A DNA stretch of 64,000 bases from Mobula hypostoma. Taxonomy: Eukaryota. A model generated the notes under the pieces. It was not told the DNA's origin. It searched no databases and was given only the letters and a program-made list of their open reading frames with translations. The translations under genes and the position numbers were made by a program. The stretch spans positions 117,058,001 to 117,122,000 of the forward strand of contig NC_086108.1 of NCBI RefSeq assembly GCF_963921235.1, read 5' to 3'. The stretch's first letter is position 1. Every line of letters begins with the position of its first letter. Below are positions 34,201 through 49,200 of this stretch, one piece after another.

Positions 34201-37200
34201 TCCCTTTCCCATACTCACCCCAGTCCTCACCCTCACTGTCCCGTACCCAAACACAACGCAGTCCTCATTCTCAATGTCCCGTTTCCACACACCTACCCCA
34301 GTCCTCACCCTCACTGTCCCGTTCCCACACTCACCTCAGTTCTTATCCTCACGTCCCGTTCCCACACTCAACACCAGTCCTCACCCTCACTGTCCCGTTT
34401 CCACACACCTTCCCCAGACCTCACCCTCACTGTCCCGTTCCCACACTCACCCCAGTCCTTACCCTCACCGTCCCATTCCCACACACACCCCAGTCCTCAC
34501 CCTCACTGTCCCGTTCCCACACTCACCCCTGTCCTCACCCTCACCGTCCCGTTGCCACACTCACCCCAGTCCTCACCCTCACTGTCCCGTTCCCACACTC
34601 ACCACAGTCCTCACCCTCACCGTCCCGTTCCCACACTCACCCCAGTCCTCACCCTCACCGTCCCGTTCCCACACTCACCCCAGTCCTCACCCTCACGGTC
34701 CCATTCCCACACTCACCCCAGTCCTCGCCCTCACCATCCCGTTCCCACACTCAACACCATTCCTCACCCTCACTGTCCCGTACCCAGACTTACCCCAGTC
34801 CCGACCCTCACTGTACCGTTCCCACACTCACCCCAGTCATCACCCTCACTCACCCCGGTCCTCACCCTCACTGTCCTGTTCCCACACACACCCCAGTCCT
34901 CAGACTCACCATCCCGTTCCCAAACTCACCCCACTCCTCACCCTCACTGTCCGGTTCCCACACTCACCCCAGTCCTCACCCTCACTGTCCCGTTCCCACA
35001 CTCACCCCCGTCCTCACCCCCACTGTCCCGTTCCCACACTCACCCAAGTCCTCACCCTCACAGTCCTGTTCCCACACTCACCCCAGTCCACAGCCTCACT
35101 GTCCCGTTCCCACACTCACCCAAGTCCTCACCTTCACTGTCCCGTTCCCAGACGCAACCACTCATCACCGTCACCGTCCTGTTCCCACACACACAGCAGT
35201 GCTCACCCTCACGGACCGTTCCCACACTCACCCTGGTCCTCACCTTCACTGTCCTGTTCCCACACTCACCCCACTCCTCACCCTCACTGTCCCGTTACCA
35301 CACTCACCCCAGTCCTCACCCTCACAGTCCCGTTCCCACACCAACCACTCCTCACCCTCACTGTCCTGTTTCCACAATCACCCTAGTCCTCACCCACACC
35401 GTCCCCTTCCCACACACACCCCAGTCCTCACCCTCACTGTCCCGTTCCCACACTCACCCCTGTCCTCACCCTCACCGTCCCGTTGCCACACTCACCCCAG
35501 TCCTCACCCTCACTGTCCCGTTCCCACACTCACACCCGTCCTCACCCTCACCGTCCCGTTCCCACACTCACCCAAGTCCTCACCCTCACTATCCGGGTCC
35601 CACACTCAGCCCAATCCACAGCCTCACTATCCCGTTCCAACACTCACCCCAGTCCTCACCATCACCGTCCCTTTCCCATACTCACCCCAGTCCTCACCCT
35701 CACTGTCCCGTACCCAAACACAACGCAGTCCTCATTCTCAATGTCCCGTTTCCACACACCTACCCCAGTCCTCACCCTCACTGTCCCGTTCCCACACTCA
35801 CCTAAGTTCTTATCCTCACGTCCCGTTCCCACACTCAACACCAGTCCTCACCCTCACTGTCCCGTTTCCACACACCTTCCCCAGACCTCACCCTCACTGT
35901 CCCGTTCCCACACTCACCCCAGTCCTTACCCTCACCGTCCCATTCCCACACACACCCCAGTCCTCACCCTCACTGTCCCGTTCCCACACTCACCCCTGTC
36001 CTCACCCTCACCGTCCCGTTGCCACACTCACCCCAGTCCTCACCCTCACTGTCCCGTTCCCACACTCACCCCTGTCCTCACCCTCACCGTCCCGTTCCCA
36101 CACTCACCCCAGTCCTCACCCTCACTGTCCCGTTCCCAAACTAAGCACAGTCCTCATTCTCACAGTCCTGTTCCCACAAACCTACACCAGTCCTCACCCT
36201 CACCGTCCCGTTCCCACACACACCCCAGTCCCGACCCTCACTGTCCCGTTCCCGAACTCAACGCAGTCCTCATTCTCAAAGTCCTGTTCCCACAAACCTA
36301 CACCAGTCCTCACCCTCACTATCCCGTTCCCACACTCACCCCAGTCCTCACCCTCACTATCCAGTTCACACACTCACCCCAGTCATCACCCTCACTCACC
36401 CCGGTCCTCACCCTCACTGTCCTGTTCCCACACTCACCCCAGTCCTCAGCCTCACCATCCCGTTCCCACACTCACCCCAGTCCTCACCCTCACTGTCCGG
36501 TTCCCACACTCACCCCAGTCCTCACCCTCACTATCCCGTTCCCACACTCACCCCAGTCCTCACCCTCACTATCCCGTTCCCACACTCACCCCAGTCATCA
36601 CCCTCACTCACCCCGGTCCTCACCCTCACTGTCCTGTTCCCACACTCACCCCAGTCCTCAGCCTCACCATCCCGTTCCCACACTCACCCCAGTCCTCACC
36701 CTCACTGTCCGGTTCCCACACTCACCCCAGTCCTCACCGTCACTGACCCGTTCCCACACCAACCACTCCTCACCCTCACTGTCCTGTTTCCACACTCACC
36801 CCAGTCCTCACCCTCACCGTCCCGTTCCCACACACGCCCCAGTCCTCACCCTCACTGTCCCGTTCCCACACTCACCCCTGACTTCACCCTCACCGTCTCG
36901 TTGCCACACTCACCCCAGTACTCACCTTCACTGTCCCGTTCCCACACTCACCCCTGTCCTCACCCTCACTGACCCGTTCCCACACTCACCACTGTCCTCA
37001 CCCTCACCGTCCCGTTCCCACACTCACCCCAGTCATCACCCTCGCTGTCCCGTTCCCCACGGTTACCACAGTCCTTACCCTCACCGTCCCGTTCCCACAA
37101 TCACCCGTCTCCAACCTCACTGTCCCGTTCCCACACTCACCCCAGTCCTCGCCCTTACCGTCCCGTTCCCACACTCACCCCATTCCTCCTACTCAATGTC

Positions 37201-40200
37201 CCGTTCCCACACTCACCCCAGTCCTCACCCTCACCGTCCCGTTCAAACACTGACGCCAGTCCCTACCCTCACTGTCCCGTTTCCACACACCTACCCCAGT
37301 CCTCACCCTCACTGTCCAGTTCCCACACTCACCCCAGTCCTCACACCCACGGTCCCGTTCCCACACTCACCCCAGTCCCTACCCTCACTGTCCCATTTCC
37401 ACACACCTACCCCAGTCCTCACCCTCACTGACCCGTTCCACACTCACCCCAGTCCTTACCCTCACGTCCCGTTCCCACACTCACCCCAGTCATCACCCTC
37501 GCTGTCCCGTTCCCCACGGTTACCACAGTCCTTACCCTCACCGTCCCGTTCCCACACTCACCCCAGTCCCTAACCTCACTGTCCCGTTCCCACAAACCTA
37601 CACCAGACCTCACCCTCACTGTCCCGTTCCCATACTCACCCCAGTCCTCACCCTCACTGTCCCGTTCCCACACTCACCCCAGTCCTCACCCTCACTGACC
37701 TGTTACCACACTCGCCCCAGTCCTCACCCTCACAGTCCCGTTCCCACACCAACCACTCCTCACCCTCACTGTCCTGTTTCCACAATCACCCTAGTCCTCA
37801 CCATCACCGTCCCCTTCCCACACACATCCCAGTCCTCACCCTCACTGTCCCATTCCCACACTCACCCCAGTTCTCACCCTCACCGTCCCGTTGCCACACT
37901 CACCCCCGTCCTCACCCTCACTGTCCCCTTCCGTCACTCACCCCAGACCTCACCCTCAGTGTCCTGTTCCCACACTCACCCGACTCCAAACTCACTGTCC
38001 CGTTCCCACACTCACCACAGTCCTCACGCTCACCGCCATGTTCCCACACTCACCCCAGTCCCCACCCCCACCGTCCCGTTCGCACACTCACCCCAGTCCT
38101 CACCCTCACTCTCCCGTTTCCACACGCAACCACTCCTCGCCCTCACTGTCCTGTTACCACACTCGCCCCAGTCCTCACCCTCACAGTCCCGTTCCCACAC
38201 CAACCCACTCCTCACCCTCACTGTCCTGTTTCCACACTCACCCCAGTCCTCACCCTCACCGTCCCGTTCCCACACACACCCCAGTCCTCACCCTCACTGT
38301 CCCGTTCCCACACTCACCCCTGTCCTCACCCTCACTGACCCGTTCCCACACTCACCACAGTCCTCACCCTCACCGTCCCGTTCCCACACTCACCCCAGTC
38401 CTCACCCTCACTGTCCCGTTCCCACATTCACCCCTGTCCTCACCCTCACTGACCCGTTCCCACACTCACCACCGTCCTCACCCTCACCGTCCCGTTCCCA
38501 CACTCACCCCAGTCCCGACCCACACTGTCCCGTTCCCAAACTCAACGCAGTCCTCATTCTCACTGTCCCGTTCCCACACTCACCCTAGTCCTCACCTTCA
38601 CTGTCCCGTTACCACACTCACCCCAGTCCTCACCCTCACAGTCCCGTTCCCACACCAACCACTCCTCACCCTCACTGTCCTGTTTCCACAATCACCCTAG
38701 TCCTCACCCACACCGTCCCCTTCCCACACACACCCCAGTCCTCACCCTCACTGTCCCGTTCCCACACTCACCCCTGTCCTCACCCTCACCGTCCCGTTGC
38801 CACACTCACCCCAGTCCTCACCCTCACTGTCCCGTTCCCACACTCACACCCGTCCTCACCCTCACCGTCCCGTTCCCACACTCACCCAAGTCCTCACCCT
38901 CACTATCCGGGTCCCACACTCAGCCCAATCCACAGCCTCACTATCCCGTTCCAACACTCACCCCAGTCCTCACCATCACCGTCCCTTTCCCATACTCACC
39001 CCAGTCCTCACCCTCACTGTCCCGTACCCAAACACAACGCAGTCCTCATTCTCAATGTCCCGTTTCCACACACCTACCCCAGTCCTCACCCTCACTGTCC
39101 CGTTCCCACACTCACCTAAGTTCTTATCCTCACGTCCCGTTCCCACACTCAACACCAGTCCTCACCCTCACTGTCCCGTTTCCACACACCTTCCCCAGAC
39201 CTCACCCTTACTGTCCCGTTCCCACACTCACCCCAGTCCTTACCCTCACCGTCCCATTCCCACACACACCCCAGTCCTCACCCTCACTGTCCCGTTCCCA
39301 CACTCACCCCTGTCCTCACCCTCACCGTCCCGTTGCCACACTCACCCCAGTCCTCACCCTCACTGTCCCGTTCCCACACTCACCCCTGTCCTCACCCTCA
39401 CCGTCCCGTTCCCACACTCACCCCAGTCCTCACCCTCACTGTCCCGTTCCCAAACTCAGCACAGTCCTCATTCTCACAGTCCTGTTCCCACAAACCTACA
39501 CCAGTCCTCACCCTCACCGTCCCGTTCCCACACACACCCCAGTCCCGACCCTCACTGTCCCGTTCCCGAACACAACGCAGTCCTCATTCTCAAAGTCCTG
39601 TTCCCACAAACCTACACCAGTCCTCACCCTCACTATCCCGTTCCCACACTCACCCCAGTCCTCACCCTCACTATCCAGTTCACACACTCACCCCAGTCAT
39701 CACCCTCACTCACCCCGGTCCTCACCCTCACTGTCCTGTTCCCACACTCACCCCAGTCCTCAGCCTCACCATCCCGTTCCCACACTCACCCCAGTCCTCA
39801 CCCTCACTGTCCGGTTCCCACACTCACCCCAGTCCTCACCCTCACTATCCCGTTCCCACACTCACCCCAGTCCTCACCCTCACTATCCCGTTCCCACACT
39901 CACCCCAGTCATCACCCTCACTCACCCCGGTCCTCACCCTCACTGTCCTGTTCCCACACTCACCCCAGTCCTCAGCCTCACCATCCCGTTCCCACACTCA
40001 CCCCAGTCCTCACCCTCACTGTCCGGTTCCCACACTCACCCCAGTCCTCACCGTCACTGACCCGTTCCCACACCAACCACTCCTCACCCTCACTGTCCTG
40101 TTTCCACACTCACCCCAGTCCTCACCCTCACCGTCCCGTTCCCACACACGCCCCAGTCCTCACCCTCACTGTCCCGTTCCCACACTCACCCCTGACTTCA

Positions 40201-43200
40201 CCCTCACCGTCTCGTTGCCACACTCACCCCAGTACTCACCTTCACTGTCCCGTTCCCACACTCACCCCTGTCCTCACCCTCACTGACCCGTTCCCACACT
40301 CACCACTGTCCTCACCCTCACCGTCCCGTTCCCACACTCACCCCAGTCATCACCCTCGCTGTCCCGTTCCCCACGGTTACCACAGTCCTTACCCTCACCG
40401 TCCCGTTCCCACAATCACCCGTCTCCAACCTCACTGTCCCGTTCCCACACTCACCCCAGTCCTCGCCCTTACCGTCCCGTTCCCACACTCACCCCATTCC
40501 TCCTACTCAATGTCCCGTTCCCACACTCACCCCAGTCCTCACCCTCACCGTCCCGTTCAAACACTGACGCCAGTCCCTACCCTCACTGTCCCGTTTCCAC
40601 ACACCTACCCCAGTCCTCACCCTCACTGTCCGGTTCCCACACTCACCCCAGTCCTCACACCCACGGTCCCGTTCCCACACTCACCCCAGTCCCTACCCTC
40701 ACTGTCCCATTTCCACACACCTACCCCAGTCCTCACCCTCACTGACCCGTTCCACACTCACCCCAGTCCTTACCCTCACGTCCCGTTCCCACACTCACCC
40801 CAGTCATCACCCTCGCTGTCCCGTTCCCCACGGTTACCACAGTCCTTACCCTCACCGTCCCGTTCCCACACTCACCCCAGTCCCTAACCTCACTGTCCCG
40901 TTCCCACAAACCTACACCAGACCTCACCCTCACTGTCCCATTCCCATACTCACCCCAGTCCTCACCCTCACTGTCCCGTTCCCACACTCACCCCAGTCCT
41001 CACCCTCACTGACCTGTTACCACACTCGCCCCAGTCCTCACCCTCACAGTCCCGTTCCCACACCAACCACTCCTCACCCTCACTGTCCTGTTTCCACAAT
41101 CACCCTAGTCCTCACCATCACCGTCCCCTTCCCACACACATCCCAGTCCTCACCCTCACTGTCCCATTCCCACACTCACCCCAGTTCTCACCCTCACCGT
41201 CCCGTTGCCACACTCACCCCCGTCCTCACCCTCACTGTCCCCTTCCGTCACTCACCCCAGACCTCACCCTCAGTGTCCTGTTCCCACACTCACCCGACTC
41301 CAAACTCACTGTCCCGTTCCCACAATCACCACAGTCCTCACGCTCACCGCCATGTTCCCACACTCACCCCAGTCTCCACCCCCACCGTCCCGTTCGCACA
41401 CTCACCCCAGTCCTCACCCTCACTCTCCCGTTTCCACACGCAACCACTCCTCGCCCTCACTGTCCTGTTACCACACTCGCCCCAGTCCTCACCCTCACAG
41501 TCCCGTTCCCACACCAACCACTCCTCACCCTCACTGTCCTGTTTCCACACTCACCCCAGTCCTCACCCTCACCGTCCCGTTCCCACACACACCCCAGTCC
41601 TCACCCTCACTGTCCCGTTCCCACACTCACCCCTGTCCTCACCCTCACTGACCCGTTCCCACACTCACCACAGTCCTCACCCTCACCGTCCCGTTCCCAC
41701 ACTCACCCCAGTCCTCACCCTCACTGTCCCGTTCCCACATTCACCCCTGTCCTCACCCTCACTGACCCGTTCCCACACTCACCACCGTCCTCACCCTCAC
41801 CGTCCCGTTCCCACACTCACCCCAGTCCCGACCCACACTGTCCCGTTCCCAAACTCAACGCAGTCCTCATTCTCACTGTCCCGTTCCCACACTCACCCAA
41901 GTCCACAGCCTCACTGTCCCGTTCCAACACTCTCCACAGTCCCCACCCCCACCGTCCCGTTCCCACACTCACCCCACTCCTCACCCTCACCGTCCCGTTC
42001 CCACACACACCCCAGTCCTCACCCTCACTGTCCAGTTCCCACACTCACCCCAGTCCTCACACCCACGGTCCCGTTCCCACACTCACCCCAGTCCCTACCC
42101 TCACTGTCCCATTTCCACACACCTACCCCAGTCCTCACCCTCACTGACCCGTTCCACACTCACCCCAGTCCTTACCCTCACGTCCCGTTCCCACACTCAC
42201 CCCAGTCATCACCCTCGCTGTCCCGTTCCCCACGGTTACCACAGTCCTTACCCTCACCGTCCCGTTCCCACACTCACCCCAGTCCCTAACCTCACTGTCC
42301 CGTTCCCACAAACCTACACCAGACCTCACCCTCACTGTCCCGTTCCCATACTCACCCCAGTCCTCACCCTCACTGTCCCGTTCCCACACTCACCCCAGTC
42401 CTCACCCTCACTGACCTGTTACCACACTCGCCCCAGTCCTCACCCTCACAGTCCCGTTCCCACACCAACCACTCCTCACCCTCACTGTCCTGTTTCCACA
42501 ATCACCCTAGTCCTCACCATCACCGTCCCCTTCCCACACACATCCCAGTCCTCACCCTCACTGTCCCATTCCCACACTCACCCCAGTTCTCACCCTCACC
42601 GTCCCGTTGCCACACTCACCCCCGTCCTCACCCTCACTGTCCCCTTCCGTCACTCACCCCAGACCTCACCCTCAGTGTCCTGTTCCCACACTCACCCGAC
42701 TCCAAACTCACTGTCCCGTTCCCACACTCACCACAGTCCTCACGCTCACCGCCATGTTCCCACACTCACCCCAGTCCCCACCCCCACCGTCCCGTTCGCA
42801 CACTCACCCCAGTCCTCACCCTCACTCTCCCGTTTCCACACGCAACCACTCCTCGCCCTCACTGTCCTGTTACCACACTCGCCCCAGTCCTCACCCTCAC
42901 AGTCCCGTTCCCACACCAACCACTCCTCACCCTCACTGTCCTGTTTCCACACTCACCCCAGTCCTCACCCTCACCGTCCCGTTCCCACACACACCCCAGT
43001 CCTCACCCTCACTGTCCCGTTCCCACACTCACCCCTGTCCTCACCCTCACTGACCCGTTCCCACACTCACCACAGTCCTCACCCTCACCGTCCCGTTCCC
43101 ACACTCACCCCAGTCCTCACCCTCACTGTCCCGTTCCCACATTCACCCCTGTCCTCACCCTCACTGACCCGTTCCCACACTCACCACCGTCCTCACCCTC

Positions 43201-46200
43201 ACCGTCCCGTTCCCACACTCACCCCAGTCCCGACCCACACTGTCCCGTTCCCAAACTCAACGCAGTCCTCATTCTCACTGTCCCGTTCCCACACTCACCC
43301 AAGTCCACAGCCTCACTGTCCCGTTCCAACACTCTCCACAGTCCCCACCCCCACCGTCCCGTTCCCACACTCACCCCACTCCTCACCCTCACCGTCCCGT
43401 TGCCACACTCACCCTAGTCCTCACCCTCACTGTCCCGTTCCCACACTCACCCCACTGTCCCGTTCCCACACTCACCCCAGTCCTCACCCTCACAGTCCCG
43501 TTCCCACATTCACCCCAGTCCCGACCCTCACTGTCCCGTTCCCGAACTCAACGCAGTCCTCATTCTCAAAGTCCTGTTCCCACAGACCTACACCAGTCCT
43601 CACCCTCACTATCCCGTTCCCACACTCACCCCAGTCCTCACCCTCACTATCCCGTTCCCACACTCACCCAAGCCCTCACCCTCACTGTCCTGTTCCCACA
43701 CTCACCCCAGTCCACAGCCTCAATGTCCCGTTCCAACACTCACCACAGTCCCCACCCCCACCGTCCCGTTCCCACACTCACCCCAGTCCTCACCCTCACC
43801 GTCCCGTTCCCACACTCACCCCAGTCCTCACACCCACCGTCCCGTTCCCACACTAACCCCAGTCCCTACCCTCACTATCCCGTTTCCACACACCTACCCC
43901 AGTCCTCACCCTCACTGTTCCGTTCCCACATTCACCCCAGTCCTTACCCTCACGTCCCGTTCCCACACTCACCCCAGTCATCACCCTCGCTGTCCCGTTC
44001 CCCACGGTTACCACAGTCCTTACCCTCACTGTCCCGTTCCCATACTCACCACAGGCCTCACCCTCACTTTCCCGTTCCCACACTCACCCCAGTCCTCACT
44101 TTAACCGTCCTGTTCCCACACACATACCAGTCCTCACGCTCATCGTCCCTTCCCACACTCACCCTAGTCCTCACCCTCACCGTCCCCTTCCTACACTCAC
44201 CCCAGTCCTCACCCTCAATGTCCCGTTCCCACACTCACCCATCTCCAACCTCACTGTCCCGTTCCCATACTCACCACAGTCCTCACCATCACCGTCCCGT
44301 TCCCACACTCACCCCAGTCCTCACCCTCACCGTCCCGTTCCCACACTCACCCCAGTCCTCACCCTCACCATCCCATTCCCACACTCACCCCAGTCCTCGC
44401 CCTCACCGTCCCGTTCCCACACTCAACACCATTCCTCACACTCACTGTCCCGTACCCAGACTTACCCCAGTCCCAACCCTCACTGTACCGTTCCCACACT
44501 CACCCCAGTCATCACCTCACTCACCCGGGTCCTCACCCTCACTGTCCTGTTCCCACACTCACCCCAGTCCTCAGCCTCACCATCCCGTTCCCACACTCAC
44601 CCCACTCCTCACCCTCACTGTCCGGTTCCCACACTCACCCTCACTGTCCGGTTCCCACACTCACCCCAGTCCTCACCCTCACAGTCCCGTTCCCACATTC
44701 ACCCCAGTCCCGACCCTCACTGTCCCGTTCCCGAACTCAACGCAGTCCTCATTCTCAAAGTCCTGTTCCCACAGACCTACACCAGTCCTCACCCTCACTA
44801 TCCCGTTCCCACACTCACCCCAGTCCTCACCCTCACTATCCCGTTCCCACACTCACCCAAGCCCTCACCCTCACTGTCCTGTTCCCACACTCACCCCAGT
44901 CCACAGCCTCAATGTCCCGTTCCAACACTCACCACAGTCCCCACCCCCACCGTCCCGTTCCCACACTCACCCCAGTCCTCACCCTCACCGTCCCGTTCCC
45001 ACACTCACCCCAGTCCTCACACCCACCGTCCCGTTCCCACACTCACCCCAGTCCCTACCCTCACTATCCCGTTTCCACACACCTACCCCAGTCCTCACCC
45101 TCACTGTTCCGTTCCCACATTCACCCCAGTCCTTACCCTCACGTCCCGTTCCCACACTCACCCCAGTCATCACCCTCGCTGTCCCGTTCCCCACGGTTAC
45201 CACAGTCCTTACCCTCACTGTCCCGTTCCCATACTCACCACAGGCCTCACCCTCACTTTCCCGTTCCCACACTCACCCCAGTCCTCACTTTAACCGTCCT
45301 GTTCCCACACACATACCAGTCCTCACGCTCATCGTCCCTTCCCACACTCACCCTAGTCCTCACCCACACCGTCCCCTTCCTACACTCACCCCAGTCCTCA
45401 CCCTCAATGTCCCGTTCCCACACTCACCCATCTCCAACCTCACTGTCCCGTTCCCATACTCACCACAGTCCTCACCCTCACCGTCCCGTTCCCACACTCA
45501 CCCCAGTCCTCACCCTCACCGTCCCGTTCCCACACTCACCCCAGTCCTCACCCTCACCATCCCATTCCCACACTCACCCCAGTCCTCGCCCTCACCGTCC
45601 CGTTCCCACACTCAACACCATTCCTCACACTCACTGTCCCGTACCCAGACTTACCCCAGTCCCAACCCTCACTGTACCGTTCCCACACTCACCCCAGTCA
45701 TCACCTCACTCACCCGGGTCCTCACCCTCACTGTCCTGTTCCCACACTCACCCCAGTCCTCAGCCTCACCATCCCGTTCCCACACTCACCCCACTCCTCA
45801 CCCTCACTGTCCGGTTCCCACACTCACCCTCACTGTCCGGTTCCCACACTCACCCCAGTCCTCACACTCACCGTCCCGTTCCCACACACACCCCAGTCCT
45901 CACCCTCACTGTCCCGTTCCCACACTCACCTATGTCTTCACACTCACCATCCCGTTGCCACACTCACCACAGTCCCCACACCCACCATCCCATTCCGACA
46001 CTCACCCCAGTCCTCACCCTCACTGTCCCGTTCCCACACTCACCCCAGTCCTCACACCCACCGTCCCGTTCCCACACTCACCCCAGTCCCTACCCTCACT
46101 ATCCCGTTTCCACACACCTACCCCAGTCCTCACCCTCACTGTTCCGTTCCCACATTCACCCCAGTCCTTACCCTCACCTCCCGTTCCCACACTCACCCCA

Positions 46201-49200
46201 GTCATCACCCTCGCTGTCCCGCTCCCCACGGTTACCACAGTCCTTACCCTCACTGTCCCGTTCCCATACTCACCCCAGTCCTCACTTTAACCGTCCTGTT
46301 CCCACACACATACCAGTCCTCACGCTCATCGTCCCTTCCCACACTCACCCTAGTCCTCACCCTCACCGTCCCCTTCCTGCACTCACCCCAGTCCTCACCC
46401 TCAATGTCCCCTTCCTACGCTCACCGCAGACCTCACCCTCAGTGTCCCGTTCCCACACTCACCCGTCTCCAACCTCACTGTCCCGTTCCCATACTCACCA
46501 CAGTCCTCACCCTCACCGTCCCGTTCCCACACTCACCCCAGTCCTCACCCTCACGATCCCATTCCCACACTCACCCCAGTCCTCGCCCTCACCGTCCCGT
46601 TCCCACACTCAACACCATTCCTCACACTCACTGTCCCGTACCCAGACTTACCCCAGTCCCAACCCTCACTGTACCGTTCCCACACTCACCCCAGTCATCA
46701 CCTCACTCACCCGGGTCCTCACCCTCACTGTCCTGTTCCCACACTCACCCCAGTCCTCAGCCTCACCATCCCGTTCCCACACTCACCCCACTCCTCACCC
46801 TCACTGTCCGGTTCCCACACTCACCCTCACTGTCCGGTTCCCACACTCACCCCAGTCCTCACCGTCACTGTCCCGTTGCCACACGCAACCACTCCTCGCC
46901 CTCACTGTCCTGTTACCACACTCACCCCAGTCCTCACTCTCACAGTCCCGTTCCCACACCAACCACTCCTCACCCTCACTGTCCTGTTTCCACACTCACC
47001 CCAGTCCTCACCCTCACTGACCCGTTCCCACACTCACCACAGTCCTCACCCTCACCGTCCCGTTCCCACACTCACCCCAGTCCTCACCCTCACTGTCCCG
47101 TTCCCACATTCACCCCTGTCCTCACCCTCACTGACCCGTTCCCACACTCACCACCGTCCTCACCCTCACCGTCCCGTTCCCACACTCACCCCAGTCCCGA
47201 CCCACACTGTCCCGTTCCCAAACTCAACGCAGTCCTCATTCTCACTGTCCCGTTCCCACACTCACCCCAGTCCTCACCCTCACTATCCCGTTCCCACACT
47301 CACCCCAGTCATCACCCTCACTCACCCCGGTCCTCACCCTCACTGTCCTGTTCCCACACTCACCCCAGTCCTCAGCCTCACCATCCCGTTCCCACACTCA
47401 CCCCAGTCCTCACCCTCACTGTCCGGTTCCCACACTCACCCCAGTCCTCACCGTCACTGACCCGTTCCCACACCAACCACTCCTCACCCTCACTGTCCTG
47501 TTTCCACACTCACCCCAGTCCTCACCCTCACCGTCCCGTTCCCACACACGCCCCAGTCCTCACCCTCACTGTCCCGTTCCCACACTCACCCCTGTCCTCA
47601 CCCTCACTGACCCGTTCCCACACTCACCACTGTCCTCACCCTCACCGTCCCGTTCCCACACTCACCCCAGTCATCACCCTCGCTGTCCCGTTCCCCACGG
47701 TTACCACAGTCCTTACCCTCACCGTCCCGTTCCCACAATCACCCGTCTCCAACTTCACTGTCCCGTTCCCACACTCACCCCAGTCCTCGCCCTTACCGTC
47801 CCGTTCCCACACTCACCCCATTCCTCCTACTCAATGTCCCGTTCCCACACTCACCCCAGTCCTCACCCTCACCGTCCCGTTCAAACACTGACGCCAGTCC
47901 CTACCCTCACTGTCCCGTTTCCACACACCTACCCCAGTCCTCACCCTCACTGTCCAGTTCCCACACTCACCACAGTCCTCACACCCACGGTCCCGTTCCC
48001 ACACTCACCCCAGTCCCTACCCTCACTGTCCCATTTCCACACACCTACCCCAGTCCTCACCCTCACTGACCCGTTCCACACTCACCCCAGTCCTTACCCT
48101 CACGTCCCGTTCCCACACTCACCCCAGTCATCACCCTCGCTGTCCCGTTCCCCACGGTTACCACAGTCCTTACCCTCACCGTCCCGTTCCCACACTCACC
48201 CCAGTCCCTAACCTCACTGTCCCGTTCCCGCAAACCTACACCAGACCTCACCCTCACTGTCCCGTTCCCATACTCACCCCAGTCCTCACCCTCACTGTCC
48301 CGTTCCCACACTCACCCCAGTCCTCACCCTCACTGACCTGTTACCACACTCGCCCCAGTCCTCACCCTCACAGTCCCGTTCCCACACCAACCACTCCTCA
48401 CCCTCACTGTCCTGTTTCCACAATCACCCTAGTCCTCACCATCACCGTCCCCTTCCCACACACATCCCAGTCCTCACCCTCACTGTCCCATTCCCACACT
48501 CACCCCAGTTCTCACCCTCACCGTCCCGTTGCCACACTCACCCCCGTCCTCACCCTCACTGTCCCCTTCCGTCACTCACCCCAGACCTCACCCTCAGTGT
48601 CCTGTTCCCACACTCACCCGACTCCAAACTCACTGTCCCGTTCCCACACTCACCACAGTCCTCACGCTCACCGCCATGTTCCCACACTCACCCCAGTCCC
48701 CACCCCCACCGTCCCGTTCGCACACTCACCCCAGTCCTCACCCTCACTCTCCCGTTTCCACACGCAACCACTCCTCGCCCTCACTGTCCTGTTACCACAC
48801 TCGCCCCAGTCCTCACCCTCACAGTCCCGTTCCCACACCAACCACTCCTCACCCTCACTGTCCTGTTTCCACACTCACCCCAGTCCTCACCCTCACCGTC
48901 CCGTTCCCACACACACCCCAGTCCTCACCCTCACTGTCCCGTTTCCACACTCACCCCTGTCCTCACCCTCACTGACCCGTTCCCACACACACCACAGTCC
49001 TCACCCTCACCGTCCCGTTCCCACTCACCCCAGTCCTCACCCTCACTGTCCCGTTCCCACATTCACCCCTGTCCTCACCCTCACTGACCCGTTCCCACAC
49101 TCACCACCGTCCTCACCCTCACCGTCCCGTTCCCACACTCACCCCAGTCCCGACCCACACTGTCCCGTTCCCAAACTCAACGCAGTCCTCATTCTCACTG

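Noticed and set aside
24993..36746. 3917-aa Pro/Ser/His/Thr-rich ORF, and the other long plus-strand ORFs up to 63100, as a mucin- or extensin-like gene
   Set aside because: The 38-bp consensus has no plus-strand stop in any frame, so all three frames cycle through the same peptides. Overlapping ORFs occur in every frame, the start is a TTG inside antisense CR1, and it lies opposite the collagen gene.
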